Shown piece by piece: positions 9,031 to 18,610 of a stretch of 64,000 nucleotides of DNA; position 1 is the first letter of the stretch; the number at the start of each line of letters is the position of its first letter. The stretch spans positions 24,224 through 88,223 of the forward strand of contig CBJNFW010000003.1 of NCBI GenBank assembly GCA_966435935.1. The letters are read 5' to 3'. The notes beneath the pieces were generated by a model. It had not been told where the DNA came from. It saw nothing but the letters and a program-made list of their open reading frames with translations, and made no database searches. The position numbers and the translations under genes are program-made. Origin of the DNA: an uncultured Nocardia sp. (lineage in GTDB: Bacteria > Actinomycetota > Actinomycetes > Mycobacteriales > Mycobacteriaceae).

Positions 9031-9929
9031 ACGCCCCGGTCTCCACTCGTATCGACTCGGATGCAGCGGCGCCAGCGGTCATCCCGGCGTCACCGGCCGC
9101 GGCCACGCGCGAATCCGTCGCAAGCACAACGGGTCCGGGCGAACGCGCCCGGGTGTGGCGTTCGCGGGCGATCCGGACGGCGTCCGTAATCGCGGTCGTC
9201 CTGGCATGGCAGTTGTTGACCGCCAATCACATTCGCCTGTGGGTGCGATTCGACACCCTGCCGACGGTCACGCAGATCGTGCGCGCCTTCGGACATCAGC
9301 TCGGGACCACGACGTACTGGCTGGACCTCGGGCAGTCGGTGATCCGGATCCTGAGCGGATTCGTACTCGCGGCACTGGCGGGAGTGGCATCCGGTGTGGC
9401 CCTGGGACGTTCGCGGCTGTTCGCCGATATCTTCGGGCCGCTGACCGAACTGGCCCGGCCCATACCGGCGATCGCGATCGTGCCGGTGGCCATTCTGCTG
9501 TTCCCCACCGACGAGGCCGGGATCGTGTTCATCACCTTCCTGGCCGCGTATTTCCCGATCATGGTCAGCACTCGGCACGCGGTGCGGGCGCTGCCGGTGA
9601 TCTGGGAGGATTCGGTGCGCACCCTCGGCGGCAGCCGCTGGGACGTGCTGGCGCGAGTCGTGCTGCCCGGCAGTCTGCCTGGGGTGTTCGGCGGGTTGTC
9701 GGTGGGTATCGGCGTGGCCTGGATCTGCGTGGTGTCGGCCGAAATGATCTCGGGCCGGCTGGGTGTGGGATATCGGACCTGGCAGGCGTACACGATCGTG
9801 GACTATCCGGGCGTGTTCGTCGGCATCATCACCATCGGGGTGCTGGGCTTCGCGACATCGGCGGCGGTCGAGCTGCTGGGACGCCGGGCCACCGCATGGC
9901 TTCCCCGGGCGGGAGCGGAGACGAAATGA
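9027..9929 (+). CDS. ABC transporter permease (SsuC/TauC-like)
   Basis: Six predicted TM segments and an EAA-like loop (TRHAVRALPVIWEDSVRTLGGSRWDVLARVVLPG). Start at GTG 9027 overlapping the SBP stop (GTGA). Confidence 0.85.
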   Translation: MNAPVSTRIDSDAAAPAVIPASPAAATRESVASTTGPGERARVWRSRAIRTASVIAVVLAWQLLTANHIRLWVRFDTLPTVTQIVRAFGHQLGTTTYWLDLGQSVIRILSGFVLAALAGVASGVALGRSRLFADIFGPLTELARPIPAIAIVPVAILLFPTDEAGIVFITFLAAYFPIMVSTRHAVRALPVIWEDSVRTLGGSRWDVLARVVLPGSLPGVFGGLSVGIGVAWICVVSAEMISGRLGVGYRTWQAYTIVDYPGVFVGIITIGVLGFATSAAVELLGRRATAWLPRAGAETK

Positions 9930-10696
9930 GCGAGTCCCGTGGTACCGCAATGAATCTCCGGCTGGATAGGGTCGAGCTGCGCTATTCCGGAACACCGGTG
10001 ATCAGCGAGCTGACGCTGGATATCCGGCCGGGCGAGATTCTCGTGCTGACCGGCCCGTCGGGCTGCGGTAAATCGACCGTCCTGCGCGCGCTGGCCGGAC
10101 TGCTGCCCGCACGTTCGGGCCGCGTCCTGGCCGACGGCGAACTCGTCACCGGGCCGTCGCGCGATCGCGCGATGGTTTTCCAGGACAACGCGTTACTGCC
10201 GTGGCGCACGGTTCGCTCGAATATCGAACTGGCCCTGCGGCTGCGCGGTGAGCCACGCGCCGGGCGGCGCACGCGGGCCGAACGATGGATCGACGAGGTC
10301 GGCCTGACCGGATTCGGGAAATACCTGCCCAAGGATCTGTCCGGCGGTATGCGCCAACGTGTCCAGCTCGCCCGCGGCCTGGCCGGTGCGCCCCGCGCGG
10401 TGCTGATGGACGAACCGTTCGGTGCGCTGGACGCACCCACCCGGGCCACCATGCAGCGTCTGCTCGTGGACACCTGGCGGGCGCACCCGACCACGGTCGT
10501 CTTCGTCACGCACGATGTCGACGAGGCGCTGCTGCTGGGTGATCGGATCGCCGTACTCGACCGCGCCGCCCTTCCGGTGCGCGCGCTGCTGGACATTCCG
10601 CGGCCCCGCGATCCGGACGTCGACCGCGCCGCGCTGCGCGCCGAAATCCTTGCCGCCCTGGATCGTTCGGATGATCCGGTCCCGGCTCACCGCTGA
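9926..10696 (+). CDS. ABC transporter ATP-binding protein (SsuB/TauB-like)
   Basis: Walker A GPSGCGKST, signature LSGGMRQRV, Walker B VLMDEPFGALD. ATG 9926 overlaps the permease stop (ATGA). Confidence 0.9.
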   Translation: MSESRGTAMNLRLDRVELRYSGTPVISELTLDIRPGEILVLTGPSGCGKSTVLRALAGLLPARSGRVLADGELVTGPSRDRAMVFQDNALLPWRTVRSNIELALRLRGEPRAGRRTRAERWIDEVGLTGFGKYLPKDLSGGMRQRVQLARGLAGAPRAVLMDEPFGALDAPTRATMQRLLVDTWRAHPTTVVFVTHDVDEALLLGDRIAVLDRAALPVRALLDIPRPRDPDVDRAALRAEILAALDRSDDPVPAHR

Positions 10697-10720
10697 CCAC
10701 CGCCACTTGGAGCACCGCTG

Positions 10721-13417
10721 ATGAAGATTCCCGACCTGGCCGATACCGTCCGGCTCGACTGCGATGTGCTGGTGATCGGCGGCGGCACCGCCGGAACCAT
10801 GGCCGCGCTCACCGCGGCCGAGAACGGCGCGAACGTGCTGCTGCTGGAGAAGGCGCACGTGCGGCATTCCGGCGCGCTGGCGATGGGGATGGACGGGGTC
10901 AACAATGCCGTGGTCCCCGGTAAGGCCGAACCGGAGGACTACGTCGCCGAGATCACCCGCGCCAACGATGGAATCGTCAACCAGCGCACCATCTATCAGA
11001 CCGCCACCCGCGGCTTCGCGATGGTGCAGCGGCTCGAGCGGTACGGGGTGAAGTTCGAGAAGGACGCCTACGGCGAATACGCGGTGCGCCGGGTGCATCG
11101 CTCCGGCTCGTACGTGCTGCCGATGCCCGAGGGCAAGGACGTCAAGAAGGCCCTGTATCGCGTTCTGCGACAACGCAAGATGCGCGAGAAGATCCGGATC
11201 GAGAATCGGCTGATGCCGGTGCGCGTGCTCACCGACGGCGGCCGCGCGGTCGGTGCGGCCGCGTTGAACACGCGCACCGGCGAATTCGTCGCCGTCGGCG
11301 CGAAGGCGGTGATCCTGGCGACCGGGCCGTGCGGGCGGCTCGGCCTGCCCGCGTCGGGATATCTGTACGGCACGTACGAGAATCCGACCAACGCCGGGGA
11401 CGGGTATTCGATGGCCTACCACGCGGGCGCGGAGCTCTCGGGCATCGAATGTTTCCAGATCAACCCGCTGATCAAGGATTACAACGGTCCGGCCTGCGCC
11501 TACGTCGCCAATCCGTTCGGCGGCTACCAGGTCAATGCCGCCGGTGAGCGGTTCGTCGACTCGGACTACTGGTCCGGGCAGATGATGAGCGAGGTCAAGC
11601 ACGAGATCGAATCCGCCCGGGGCCCGATCTATCTGAAGGTTTCCCATCTGCCCGACGAGACGCTCACCGCGCTGGAGGGGATCCTGCACACCACCGAGCG
11701 GCCCACCCGCGGCACCTTCCACGCCAATCGCGGTCACGACTACCGGACCCATGACATCGAGATGCACATCTCCGAGATCGGCTTGTGCAGTGGGCATTCC
11801 GCCTCGGGCGTCTGGGTGGACGAGCACGCTCGCACGACCGTGCCGGGGCTCTACGCGGCTGGAGACCTGGCCTGCGTACCGCACAATTACATGATCGGCG
11901 CCTTCGTCTACGGCGATCTGGCCGGTGAACACGCCGCGAGCACCCGCGCGGATATCGCGGCGCCGCGGGAACTTCCGGCCGATCAGCTGGCCGAGGCGCA
12001 CGAACTGATGTACCGCCCGCTGCGCGATCCGGACGGGCCGCCGCAGCAGCAGGTGGAGTACAAACTCCGCCGCTTCGTGAACGACTATGTGGCACCGCCG
12101 AAGACGGCGACGAAACTGTCCCTGGCGATCGAGACGTTCGAGCGGATGAGCCGCGAGATCGCGGAGATGGGCGCGACCACGCCGCACGAGCTGATGCGTT
12201 GCGCGGAAGTGAGTTTCATCCGCGACTGCGCCGAGATGGCGGCCCGTTCCTCGCTGACCCGCACCGAATCCCGTTGGGGCCTCTACCATGAGCGCGCCGA
12301 TCTGCCCGAGCGCGACGACGAGCAGTGGCACTATCACCTGAACCTGCGCAAGGGCGCGGACGGGACGATGGAATTCCTGAAACGCCCGGTCGCGCCGTAT
12401 TTCGTGCCGGTGCCCGAACTCGCCGGACGATCGAGCGCATCCGAGGCCCCCGAACTCGTCGCCCAACCCGGCCTGATCACCGGTCCGCCGCGCACGGCCG
12501 CGGCCGGCCCGGGCGTCGCGCGAACACGGACCGCCACGGCCGATGTAGACGCCGCCGACGAGGTCGCGCCCGCGATCGCGCGGTTGCTCGGCCTGGACGC
12601 GCCGAGCCTGGCCGACCTGTATCCCTACCTCGCCGATGCCGACCCGCGCGTGCGCGCCACCGCGGTGTCGGTCCTGACCGAGGGCACGCCGGACGGTTTC
12701 GCCGACGCGTTGATCGCCGCCCTCGCCGATCCGGCCGCCGCGGTCCGCGCCGCCGCTCTGGCCGGACTCCGTGAGCTGGTCGAAATCCTGCCTGCCACAA
12801 CGGGTCTGGCCGCACATGCGGAATCACCCGATCCGCTCGTGCGGGCCGGTGTGGTGGATCTGCTGCGTGCGCTGCGGGCGGGTTCGGCCGAACTGTTCAG
12901 CAAGGCCGTCGTGGACGACGATCACCGCGTGCGGATCGAAGGGGTGCGCGCCCTGGTCTCGATCGACGACTGGACCGCGCTGACCACCGCCGCACACGAC
13001 GAGAACCGCGAGGTTCGCATCACCGCCGCGCAGGGGCTGGCCACCGTCGGACAGGGCGGCGCGGACACCGTGCGCGAGCTGACCGCCGACCGCGATCCGC
13101 TGGTCCGCGCCGCGGCCCTCACCGCTCTGTCCCGGCTCGGCTCCCCGGCCGACGCACCCGTGCTCACCACCGCCCTCGCCGATTCGGCCTGGCAGATCCG
13201 TGCGGGCGCGGTCCGCGGCTGGACCGCCCTCGGACCCGACCTCGCCGCGGGCCCACTGCATACCGCCCTGTCGGACCCGCATCCCGACGTCCGCAAGGCC
13301 GCGGTTCTGACCCTGGGCCTGTGGCCCGAGCACGCCGGCGCCCGCGACGCGCTGCGGCAGGCCGTCGACGATTCCGACGCCGACGTCCGGGCGTACGCGC
13401 GTCGGGCGCTGGGTTGA
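10721..13417 (+). CDS. AprA-like FAD flavoprotein fused to a C-terminal HEAT-repeat domain
   Basis: N-terminal ~590 aa: DVLVIGGGTAGTMAAL, SGALAMGMDGVNNAV, GDGYSMAYHAGAEL, FQINPLIKDYNGPACAY (APS reductase alpha / fumarate-reductase flavoprotein superfamily). C-terminal ~280 aa: nine ~31-aa repeats of the D..p.VR..A...L type. GGAG RBS at 10709. Confidence 0.8.
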   Translation: MKIPDLADTVRLDCDVLVIGGGTAGTMAALTAAENGANVLLLEKAHVRHSGALAMGMDGVNNAVVPGKAEPEDYVAEITRANDGIVNQRTIYQTATRGFAMVQRLERYGVKFEKDAYGEYAVRRVHRSGSYVLPMPEGKDVKKALYRVLRQRKMREKIRIENRLMPVRVLTDGGRAVGAAALNTRTGEFVAVGAKAVILATGPCGRLGLPASGYLYGTYENPTNAGDGYSMAYHAGAELSGIECFQINPLIKDYNGPACAYVANPFGGYQVNAAGERFVDSDYWSGQMMSEVKHEIESARGPIYLKVSHLPDETLTALEGILHTTERPTRGTFHANRGHDYRTHDIEMHISEIGLCSGHSASGVWVDEHARTTVPGLYAAGDLACVPHNYMIGAFVYGDLAGEHAASTRADIAAPRELPADQLAEAHELMYRPLRDPDGPPQQQVEYKLRRFVNDYVAPPKTATKLSLAIETFERMSREIAEMGATTPHELMRCAEVSFIRDCAEMAARSSLTRTESRWGLYHERADLPERDDEQWHYHLNLRKGADGTMEFLKRPVAPYFVPVPELAGRSSASEAPELVAQPGLITGPPRTAAAGPGVARTRTATADVDAADEVAPAIARLLGLDAPSLADLYPYLADADPRVRATAVSVLTEGTPDGFADALIAALADPAAAVRAAALAGLRELVEILPATTGLAAHAESPDPLVRAGVVDLLRALRAGSAELFSKAVVDDDHRVRIEGVRALVSIDDWTALTTAAHDENREVRITAAQGLATVGQGGADTVRELTADRDPLVRAAALTALSRLGSPADAPVLTTALADSAWQIRAGAVRGWTALGPDLAAGPLHTALSDPHPDVRKAAVLTLGLWPEHAGARDALRQAVDDSDADVRAYARRALG

Positions 13418-13515
13418 GCGAGCATCCGCACACGCCGCCGATCACAGAGTGACCACAGAAATCCGGGATACGCTCCGACGCACATCCATTCACCAGCCGC
13501 GCTAGGAGCGTCCCC

Positions 13516-14739
13516 ATGATCCGGAATCCGCACCGTATCCGCCGCGGCGCTGCCGCCCTGGCCGTGGCCGGCGTCGGGCTGGGGGCCGCATTGGCCCCGT
13601 CGGCCGCCGCGGCACCGCTGCCCAGCATGCCGGTGGGCGCGCTGAGCTACACCGTCGATGTGAACCAGCCCGGCGCGAGCCCGGGATACATCTACTACAC
13701 GAGCGGGGTCAGTGCCGCGGCACTGGTGCCCGGGTTGGGGCAGGCGCTGTCGATCATTCCGCAGGCCGCGCCCGCCAATGTGGTGATGGACAAAGCCGGG
13801 CACGAGGTGTGGCGATACACCCCGCCCAAGGGTCAGGACGTGTCGAACTTCCGGACGCAGACCTACCAGGGCAAGCGGGTGCTGACCTGGTGGCAGGGCA
13901 GCACCGTCGGCGGGCACGGCACGGGCACCGACTACATCGCCGACGAACACGGCCACGTCATCGAAACCCTCGGTGCCGGAGACGGTTCCGGTTCCGATGT
14001 GCACGAGTTCCGGCTGACGCCGGACGGCCGCGCGCTGATCACCTCCTACCGGGAGGTCGGCGCGGACCTGAGCGCGATCGGCGGACCGAAGAACGGCCGG
14101 ATGTACGACACCGTCGCCTCGGTGGTCGATGTCGCCAGCAAGAAGGTGCTGTTCCAGTGGAGTGCCGCCCAGCACGTGCCGCTCACCGATACCACCGCTG
14201 GCACCTCGTCACCCGGTTCCGCGGTCTACGACCCGTACCACATGAATTCGATCGCGCTCGACCCGCAAGGGAATCTGGTGATCTCGATGCGCGACACCTC
14301 CGCGGTGTACGACGTCGACATCCACACCGGGAAGATCCGCTGGCAGCTCGGCGGTAAGCATTCCACCCTGGCCATGGGCCCCGGAGTGCAGTTCGCCTTC
14401 CAGCACGACGCCGAATTCGACGGGCCCGATACGATCCGGCTGTTCAACGACAATTCCAGCGGTCAGCAGACGTTGGGTGTGTCGAGTGTGCAGTGGATCC
14501 ATATCGATACCGCTGCGCACCGGGCGACGTTGGTGCGCAACCAGACTCACCCGAGCAACCTGGTCGCGATGGCGATGGGTAACGCCCAGGGCCTGCCGGG
14601 CGGCAACACGCTGGTGGGCTGGGGTATGGCTCCGCACATCTCGGAGTTCACCCCGTCGGGCGCGCTGGTCTACGACGCCGCGTTGCCGATGGGCACGTAC
14701 CGCGCGTACCTGGAGGATTGGGCGCCCAGCGCGAAATAG
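13516..14739 (+). CDS. secreted aryl-sulfotransferase (ASST) family protein
   Basis: Signal peptide with RIRRGAAALAVAG (Tat-like). Beta-propeller ASST-type segments (GSDVHEFRLTPDGRALIT, YDPYHMNSIALDPQGNLVIS, FQHDAEF). AGGAG RBS at 13504. Confidence 0.8.
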   Translation: MIRNPHRIRRGAAALAVAGVGLGAALAPSAAAAPLPSMPVGALSYTVDVNQPGASPGYIYYTSGVSAAALVPGLGQALSIIPQAAPANVVMDKAGHEVWRYTPPKGQDVSNFRTQTYQGKRVLTWWQGSTVGGHGTGTDYIADEHGHVIETLGAGDGSGSDVHEFRLTPDGRALITSYREVGADLSAIGGPKNGRMYDTVASVVDVASKKVLFQWSAAQHVPLTDTTAGTSSPGSAVYDPYHMNSIALDPQGNLVISMRDTSAVYDVDIHTGKIRWQLGGKHSTLAMGPGVQFAFQHDAEFDGPDTIRLFNDNSSGQQTLGVSSVQWIHIDTAAHRATLVRNQTHPSNLVAMAMGNAQGLPGGNTLVGWGMAPHISEFTPSGALVYDAALPMGTYRAYLEDWAPSAK

Positions 14740-15017
14740 GTTCTCGCGCAGGCACTCTTGCCGTGCGTCAGCGATGTCCGGCAGGCGGCCTCGCCCGCCG
14801 GACCGGCGCTGGCTGCGAATCCCGCTGGGCGGCAGCGTATCGCGGGAACGCTGGATCCAGCGGACGCGATCATCGTCGGCGGAGGGCCACGACGCCAGGA
14901 GCAGCGGCCGCGCTTACCCCGGCTGATCACCGGGCGATCGCCGCAACCCCCATCGGCGGACGCCCGATACCATCGATTGCCGAACAGCCGCCGAACGAAT
15001 TGTCGCGAATTCGGCGG

Positions 15018-16166
15018 TCAGGCCGCGCGCACGTGCGAGAGCCCCCATTCCTGCGCGAGTAGGCGGTGCGAGGCGAGCCGGTCCTCGTGCCGGTGGGTGA
15101 CGCTGGTGATCACCAGTTCGTCCGCGCCGGTGAGCTGTTGCAGTGCGCTCAGGCGGGCGGTCACCTCGGCGGGCGTGCCGACGAACTGTGTGGTGATCCG
15201 GTCCCGCACCAGGCGTTGCTGCTGCTCGGACAGCGGCTCGGCGGTATCGGGGTCCTGATAGTCGGCCGCACCCGCCCCACTGCGAATGCTGTACACCCAG
15301 TGGCCGTAGGTGGAGGCGAGATGTTCGGCCTTCGCGTGCTCCTCCGCCACGACGACGTCCGCGGACACCACCAGATACGGCTTCGGGTACCGCGCCGACG
15401 GCCGGAATGATTCCCGGTACGCCGCAACGGTTTCCAGAATCGTGCCCGGAGAGACATGGTAATTCGCCGCGAACGGCAGCCCCAGACGTCCGGCGAGCCT
15501 GGCGCTCTCACCGCCGCTGCTGCCGAACAGCCACAGTTCGATCTGCGCGTCCTCACCCGGAACCGCGTGCAGGACAACGCCTTCGTCGGACCGGTACCCG
15601 TCGTCGAGGAAGGCGCGGATCTGCTCGACCTGCTCGGTGTAGTCCAGCGGCCGGGCACCGGGCAGCGTCAGTACCTGCAGGCCGGCCTGTAGACGAGCAG
15701 TGTTCAGCAACTGCCCGGGGCTGAACGGAGGCGGGATCACCACACCGTCCCGGACCTCGATCGGCCGCTCGGGGGTGCGGACCGGCGGAACACCGGCCGA
15801 GCGGATCTGATCGGCACGGTGACCCGAGCGCCCCAAGCCCAGATCGAGGCGTCCCGGATACAGCGCGTCGATCGTCCCGAACCCTTCCACCACCGAGGCG
15901 GAGGTGTGATGCCCCAGCTGCACCGCCGCCGACCCCACTCGGATCGTCTCGGTGGCCGCCGCGATCAGCCCGATCAACGTCACCGGCGACGAACTCGCCA
16001 CCCGCACGAAATGGTGCTCCGCCACCCAGAACCGCCGATACCCCCAGCTCTCGGCCCGCTGCGCCAGCTCGATGGTATTCCGGATCGCCTGGCGCGGTGT
16101 GGATCCCGCGCTGACCGGGGACAGATCCAGCACCGACAACGGGACGCGCCCGCCCGAGATCGTCAC
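15018..16166 (-). CDS. LLM class flavin-dependent oxidoreductase (luciferase-like monooxygenase)
   Basis: LSVLDLSPV...GYRRFWVAEHH...IRVGSAAVQLGHH...GRLDLGLGRS signature of luciferase-like monooxygenases. GTG start overlaps the DUF1684 stop (GTGA). Confidence 0.85.
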   Translation of the reverse strand: MTISGGRVPLSVLDLSPVSAGSTPRQAIRNTIELAQRAESWGYRRFWVAEHHFVRVASSSPVTLIGLIAAATETIRVGSAAVQLGHHTSASVVEGFGTIDALYPGRLDLGLGRSGHRADQIRSAGVPPVRTPERPIEVRDGVVIPPPFSPGQLLNTARLQAGLQVLTLPGARPLDYTEQVEQIRAFLDDGYRSDEGVVLHAVPGEDAQIELWLFGSSGGESARLAGRLGLPFAANYHVSPGTILETVAAYRESFRPSARYPKPYLVVSADVVVAEEHAKAEHLASTYGHWVYSIRSGAGAADYQDPDTAEPLSEQQQRLVRDRITTQFVGTPAEVTARLSALQQLTGADELVITSVTHRHEDRLASHRLLAQEWGLSHVRAA

Positions 16167-16969
16167 GACCGCACCTCCGGCCGCGGATCGCGTTCGCCCG
16201 CCTCGACGGCCACGTCGAGCCGGTTCTCCGGCGGCGCGATCGGGCAGGTCGCGTAATCGGTGAAGGCACAGGGCAGATTCTGTGCCCGATTGAAGTCCAG
16301 CCGGACCGCGCCGCCGGATCCCGGCGTCCCGATCGGCAGCGACCGCGCGCCCGGGTAGGTGCTCACACCGCTGGTCCGATCGGTGAACAGCAGGCGCAGA
16401 CCGGTTTCCGGGTCGCCGAAGGCGATGACCGTGTGCTCCCGCGCGTCGAGGAAGAAGCGCACGGTGCCCGCCGCCGGATGATGGTGTTCCAGGCCCTCGA
16501 CCACCGCACCGGTGGTGACGGTCCGTGCGGTCTCGTAGGGGGTGAACTCACCCACCGCCACCCAGCGCGAATCCGGTGGGAAGGAGGGGATTCCGGTGAA
16601 CGCCGCAAGGCCGGGTGCGGCAGGATCGTGAACGCGCAAGGCATAGCGGCCGGTACGGCGGATCACCTCGACGAGCCGGTCACCCACGCGCACTTCGATT
16701 CCGGGAGCGCCCTCACCCGGGGTGAGCGTCGCGCGGCCGGTGAGCGCGAGTCCATCCAGGGTGTAGCCGTCGGCGGAAGCGGTTGTCAGCACGACGGTTT
16801 CGCCTTCGACGCGCCAACCGCCCGGCAGCCCCTCGACGCTCTCCTGGGCCTCGCCCAGCCAGTGCAATCCGGTCAGGCTCAGCCAGCCCAGCGGTTCCCG
16901 GGCCCACGCCTCGCGTTCGGCGTGCCAGGTGTGCCACTGTTGTTCGAATTCGGTGGTCGCCGTGGTCAT
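16163..16969 (-). CDS. DUF1684 domain-containing protein
   Basis: [11 protein letters not shown]...[13 protein letters not shown] ... [21 protein letters not shown], characteristic of DUF1684. ATG overlaps the upstream ATPase stop (ATGA). Confidence 0.85.
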   Translation of the reverse strand: MTTATTEFEQQWHTWHAEREAWAREPLGWLSLTGLHWLGEAQESVEGLPGGWRVEGETVVLTTASADGYTLDGLALTGRATLTPGEGAPGIEVRVGDRLVEVIRRTGRYALRVHDPAAPGLAAFTGIPSFPPDSRWVAVGEFTPYETARTVTTGAVVEGLEHHHPAAGTVRFFLDAREHTVIAFGDPETGLRLLFTDRTSGVSTYPGARSLPIGTPGSGGAVRLDFNRAQNLPCAFTDYATCPIAPPENRLDVAVEAGERDPRPEVRS

Positions 16970-18606
16970 GACACTGGTACTCCTTCGTTGCGGGGGTGGG
17001 AGAGCGCATCGGACGGGTCGCGCCCGCCCGGGACGGCCGACAACAGCTCGCGGGTGTATTCGTGCGCGGGTTGATCGAACAGCGCTGCGGTATAGCCGGT
17101 TTCGACGATGCGTCCGGCGCGCATCACCGCCACGCGGTCACTGACCCGGCGCACCACGGCCAGGTCGTGGGAGATGAACAGGTAACTGAGCGACAGCTCG
17201 CGTTGCAGGCGCTCGAGCAGTTCCAGGATCTGCGCCTGAACCGAGACATCGAGCGCGGAAACCGGTTCGTCGAGCACCACCAGTTCCGGGCGCAGCGCCA
17301 GCGCACGGGCGATCGCCACCCGCTGACGCTGCCCGCCGGAGAGTTCGGCGGGCAGCCGATCCCGGTGATCCGCCGGCAGCGCCACCTGCTCGAGCAGTTC
17401 ACCGACCTGTTCGCGGCGCGATCCTTTATCGCCGATCCGGAAGGCGCGCAACGGTTCCGCGATGCTCTGGCCGACGGTCAGCTTGGGGTTCAGCGACGCG
17501 TACGGATTCTGATAGACGACCTGCACGCGCCGCCGGAACTCACGCAGCCGCGCGCCGCGCAGCTCGCCGACGTCGCTGCCGTCGAAGCTGATCGTGCCGG
17601 AATCGGGTCGTTCCAGCAGCGTCAGGATGCGGGCCGTGGTGCTCTTGCCGGAGCCGGATTCACCGACCAGTGCGAGTGTTTCACCACGATCGATGTGCAC
17701 CGTGACGTCGTCGACCGCAGTGAGCCTGCCGCGAGCGCCGGTCCGGAAGGTGCGGCGCAGTCCGGTAGCCGACAGCAGCGGCGTGGCGGCCCGTGGACGG
17801 ACCGAACGTGTGGGCGCGTCCAGCGTCGGCACCGAATCCAGCAGGCGTCGAGTGTATTCGTGCCGCGGATTGCCGAGAACCTCTGCGGTACGGCCGGATT
17901 CGACGATTTCGCCGCGGCGCATCACCACGATGCGGTCCGCGCGATCGGCCGCCACTGCGAGATCGTGGGTGATCAGCAGGACGGCGGTGCCGGATTCGGC
18001 GGTGCGCTCGGCGAGGTGGTCCAGGATGCGGCGCTGCACGGTGACGTCCAGCGCGCTGGTCGGTTCGTCGGCGATCACCAGTTCCGGACCGCAGGCCAGG
18101 GCGATGCCGATCAAAACCCGCTGCCGCTGGCCGCCCGAAAGGTCCTGTGGGTATTGGCGCGCACGCAGTTCCGGCCGGTCCAGTCCGGCCGTGGCGAGAA
18201 TCCGCACCGCCTGTGCTCGCGCGGTGCGGCGAGTCGCCCGGCCGTGGATGCGCAGCGACTCGGCAACCTGATCGCCGATGCGCAGCACCGGATTCAGCGA
18301 GACGCCCGGATCCTGTGGCACCAAACCGATCCGGGCGCCACGGATCGTCTGCAGGTGTCGCGGCGAGGCGTCATCGATCCGCTCACCCGCGAATGTGATC
18401 CGTCCGCCCGTCACCGCGCCGCCGCGCAGCAACCCGATCACCGCATGCGCGAAAGTCGACTTGCCCGAACCGGATTCGCCCACCAGCGCGACGGTCTCCC
18501 CCTGCGAGACCGTCAGCGACGCACCCGCGACGGCGAGCACCGGCCCGCCGCTTCCGGCATACTCCACCCGCAGGTCGGCCACCCGCAGCAGCGCTTCCTC
18601 GCTCAT
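16966..18606 (-). CDS. ABC transporter ATP-binding protein, duplicated ATPase (DppD/DppF-type fusion)
   Basis: Two complete NBDs (GESGSGKST twice, LSGGQRQRV twice, DEPTSALD and DEPVSALD). Start set at ATG 18606 (MSEEALLRV), 4 nt after the permease stop, with a GGAG RBS. Confidence 0.85.
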   Translation of the reverse strand: MSEEALLRVADLRVEYAGSGGPVLAVAGASLTVSQGETVALVGESGSGKSTFAHAVIGLLRGGAVTGGRITFAGERIDDASPRHLQTIRGARIGLVPQDPGVSLNPVLRIGDQVAESLRIHGRATRRTARAQAVRILATAGLDRPELRARQYPQDLSGGQRQRVLIGIALACGPELVIADEPTSALDVTVQRRILDHLAERTAESGTAVLLITHDLAVAADRADRIVVMRRGEIVESGRTAEVLGNPRHEYTRRLLDSVPTLDAPTRSVRPRAATPLLSATGLRRTFRTGARGRLTAVDDVTVHIDRGETLALVGESGSGKSTTARILTLLERPDSGTISFDGSDVGELRGARLREFRRRVQVVYQNPYASLNPKLTVGQSIAEPLRAFRIGDKGSRREQVGELLEQVALPADHRDRLPAELSGGQRQRVAIARALALRPELVVLDEPVSALDVSVQAQILELLERLQRELSLSYLFISHDLAVVRRVSDRVAVMRAGRIVETGYTAALFDQPAHEYTRELLSAVPGGRDPSDALSHPRNEGVPVS

Positions 18607-18610
18607 TCCC

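Noticed and set aside
10193-12817. Very long ORFs in the track on the strand opposite to recognised genes. Examples are 10193-12817 minus (874 aa), 61315-63702 plus (795 aa), 59483-61603 plus (706 aa), 28227-30023 plus, 19346-20959 plus, 16996-18810 plus and 225-1214 plus.
   Set aside because: Their translations are Arg/Gly/Pro/His-rich with no motifs. Each lies antisense or out of frame to a gene with clear family signatures. Such shadow ORFs are expected in high-G+C DNA because stop codons are rare.
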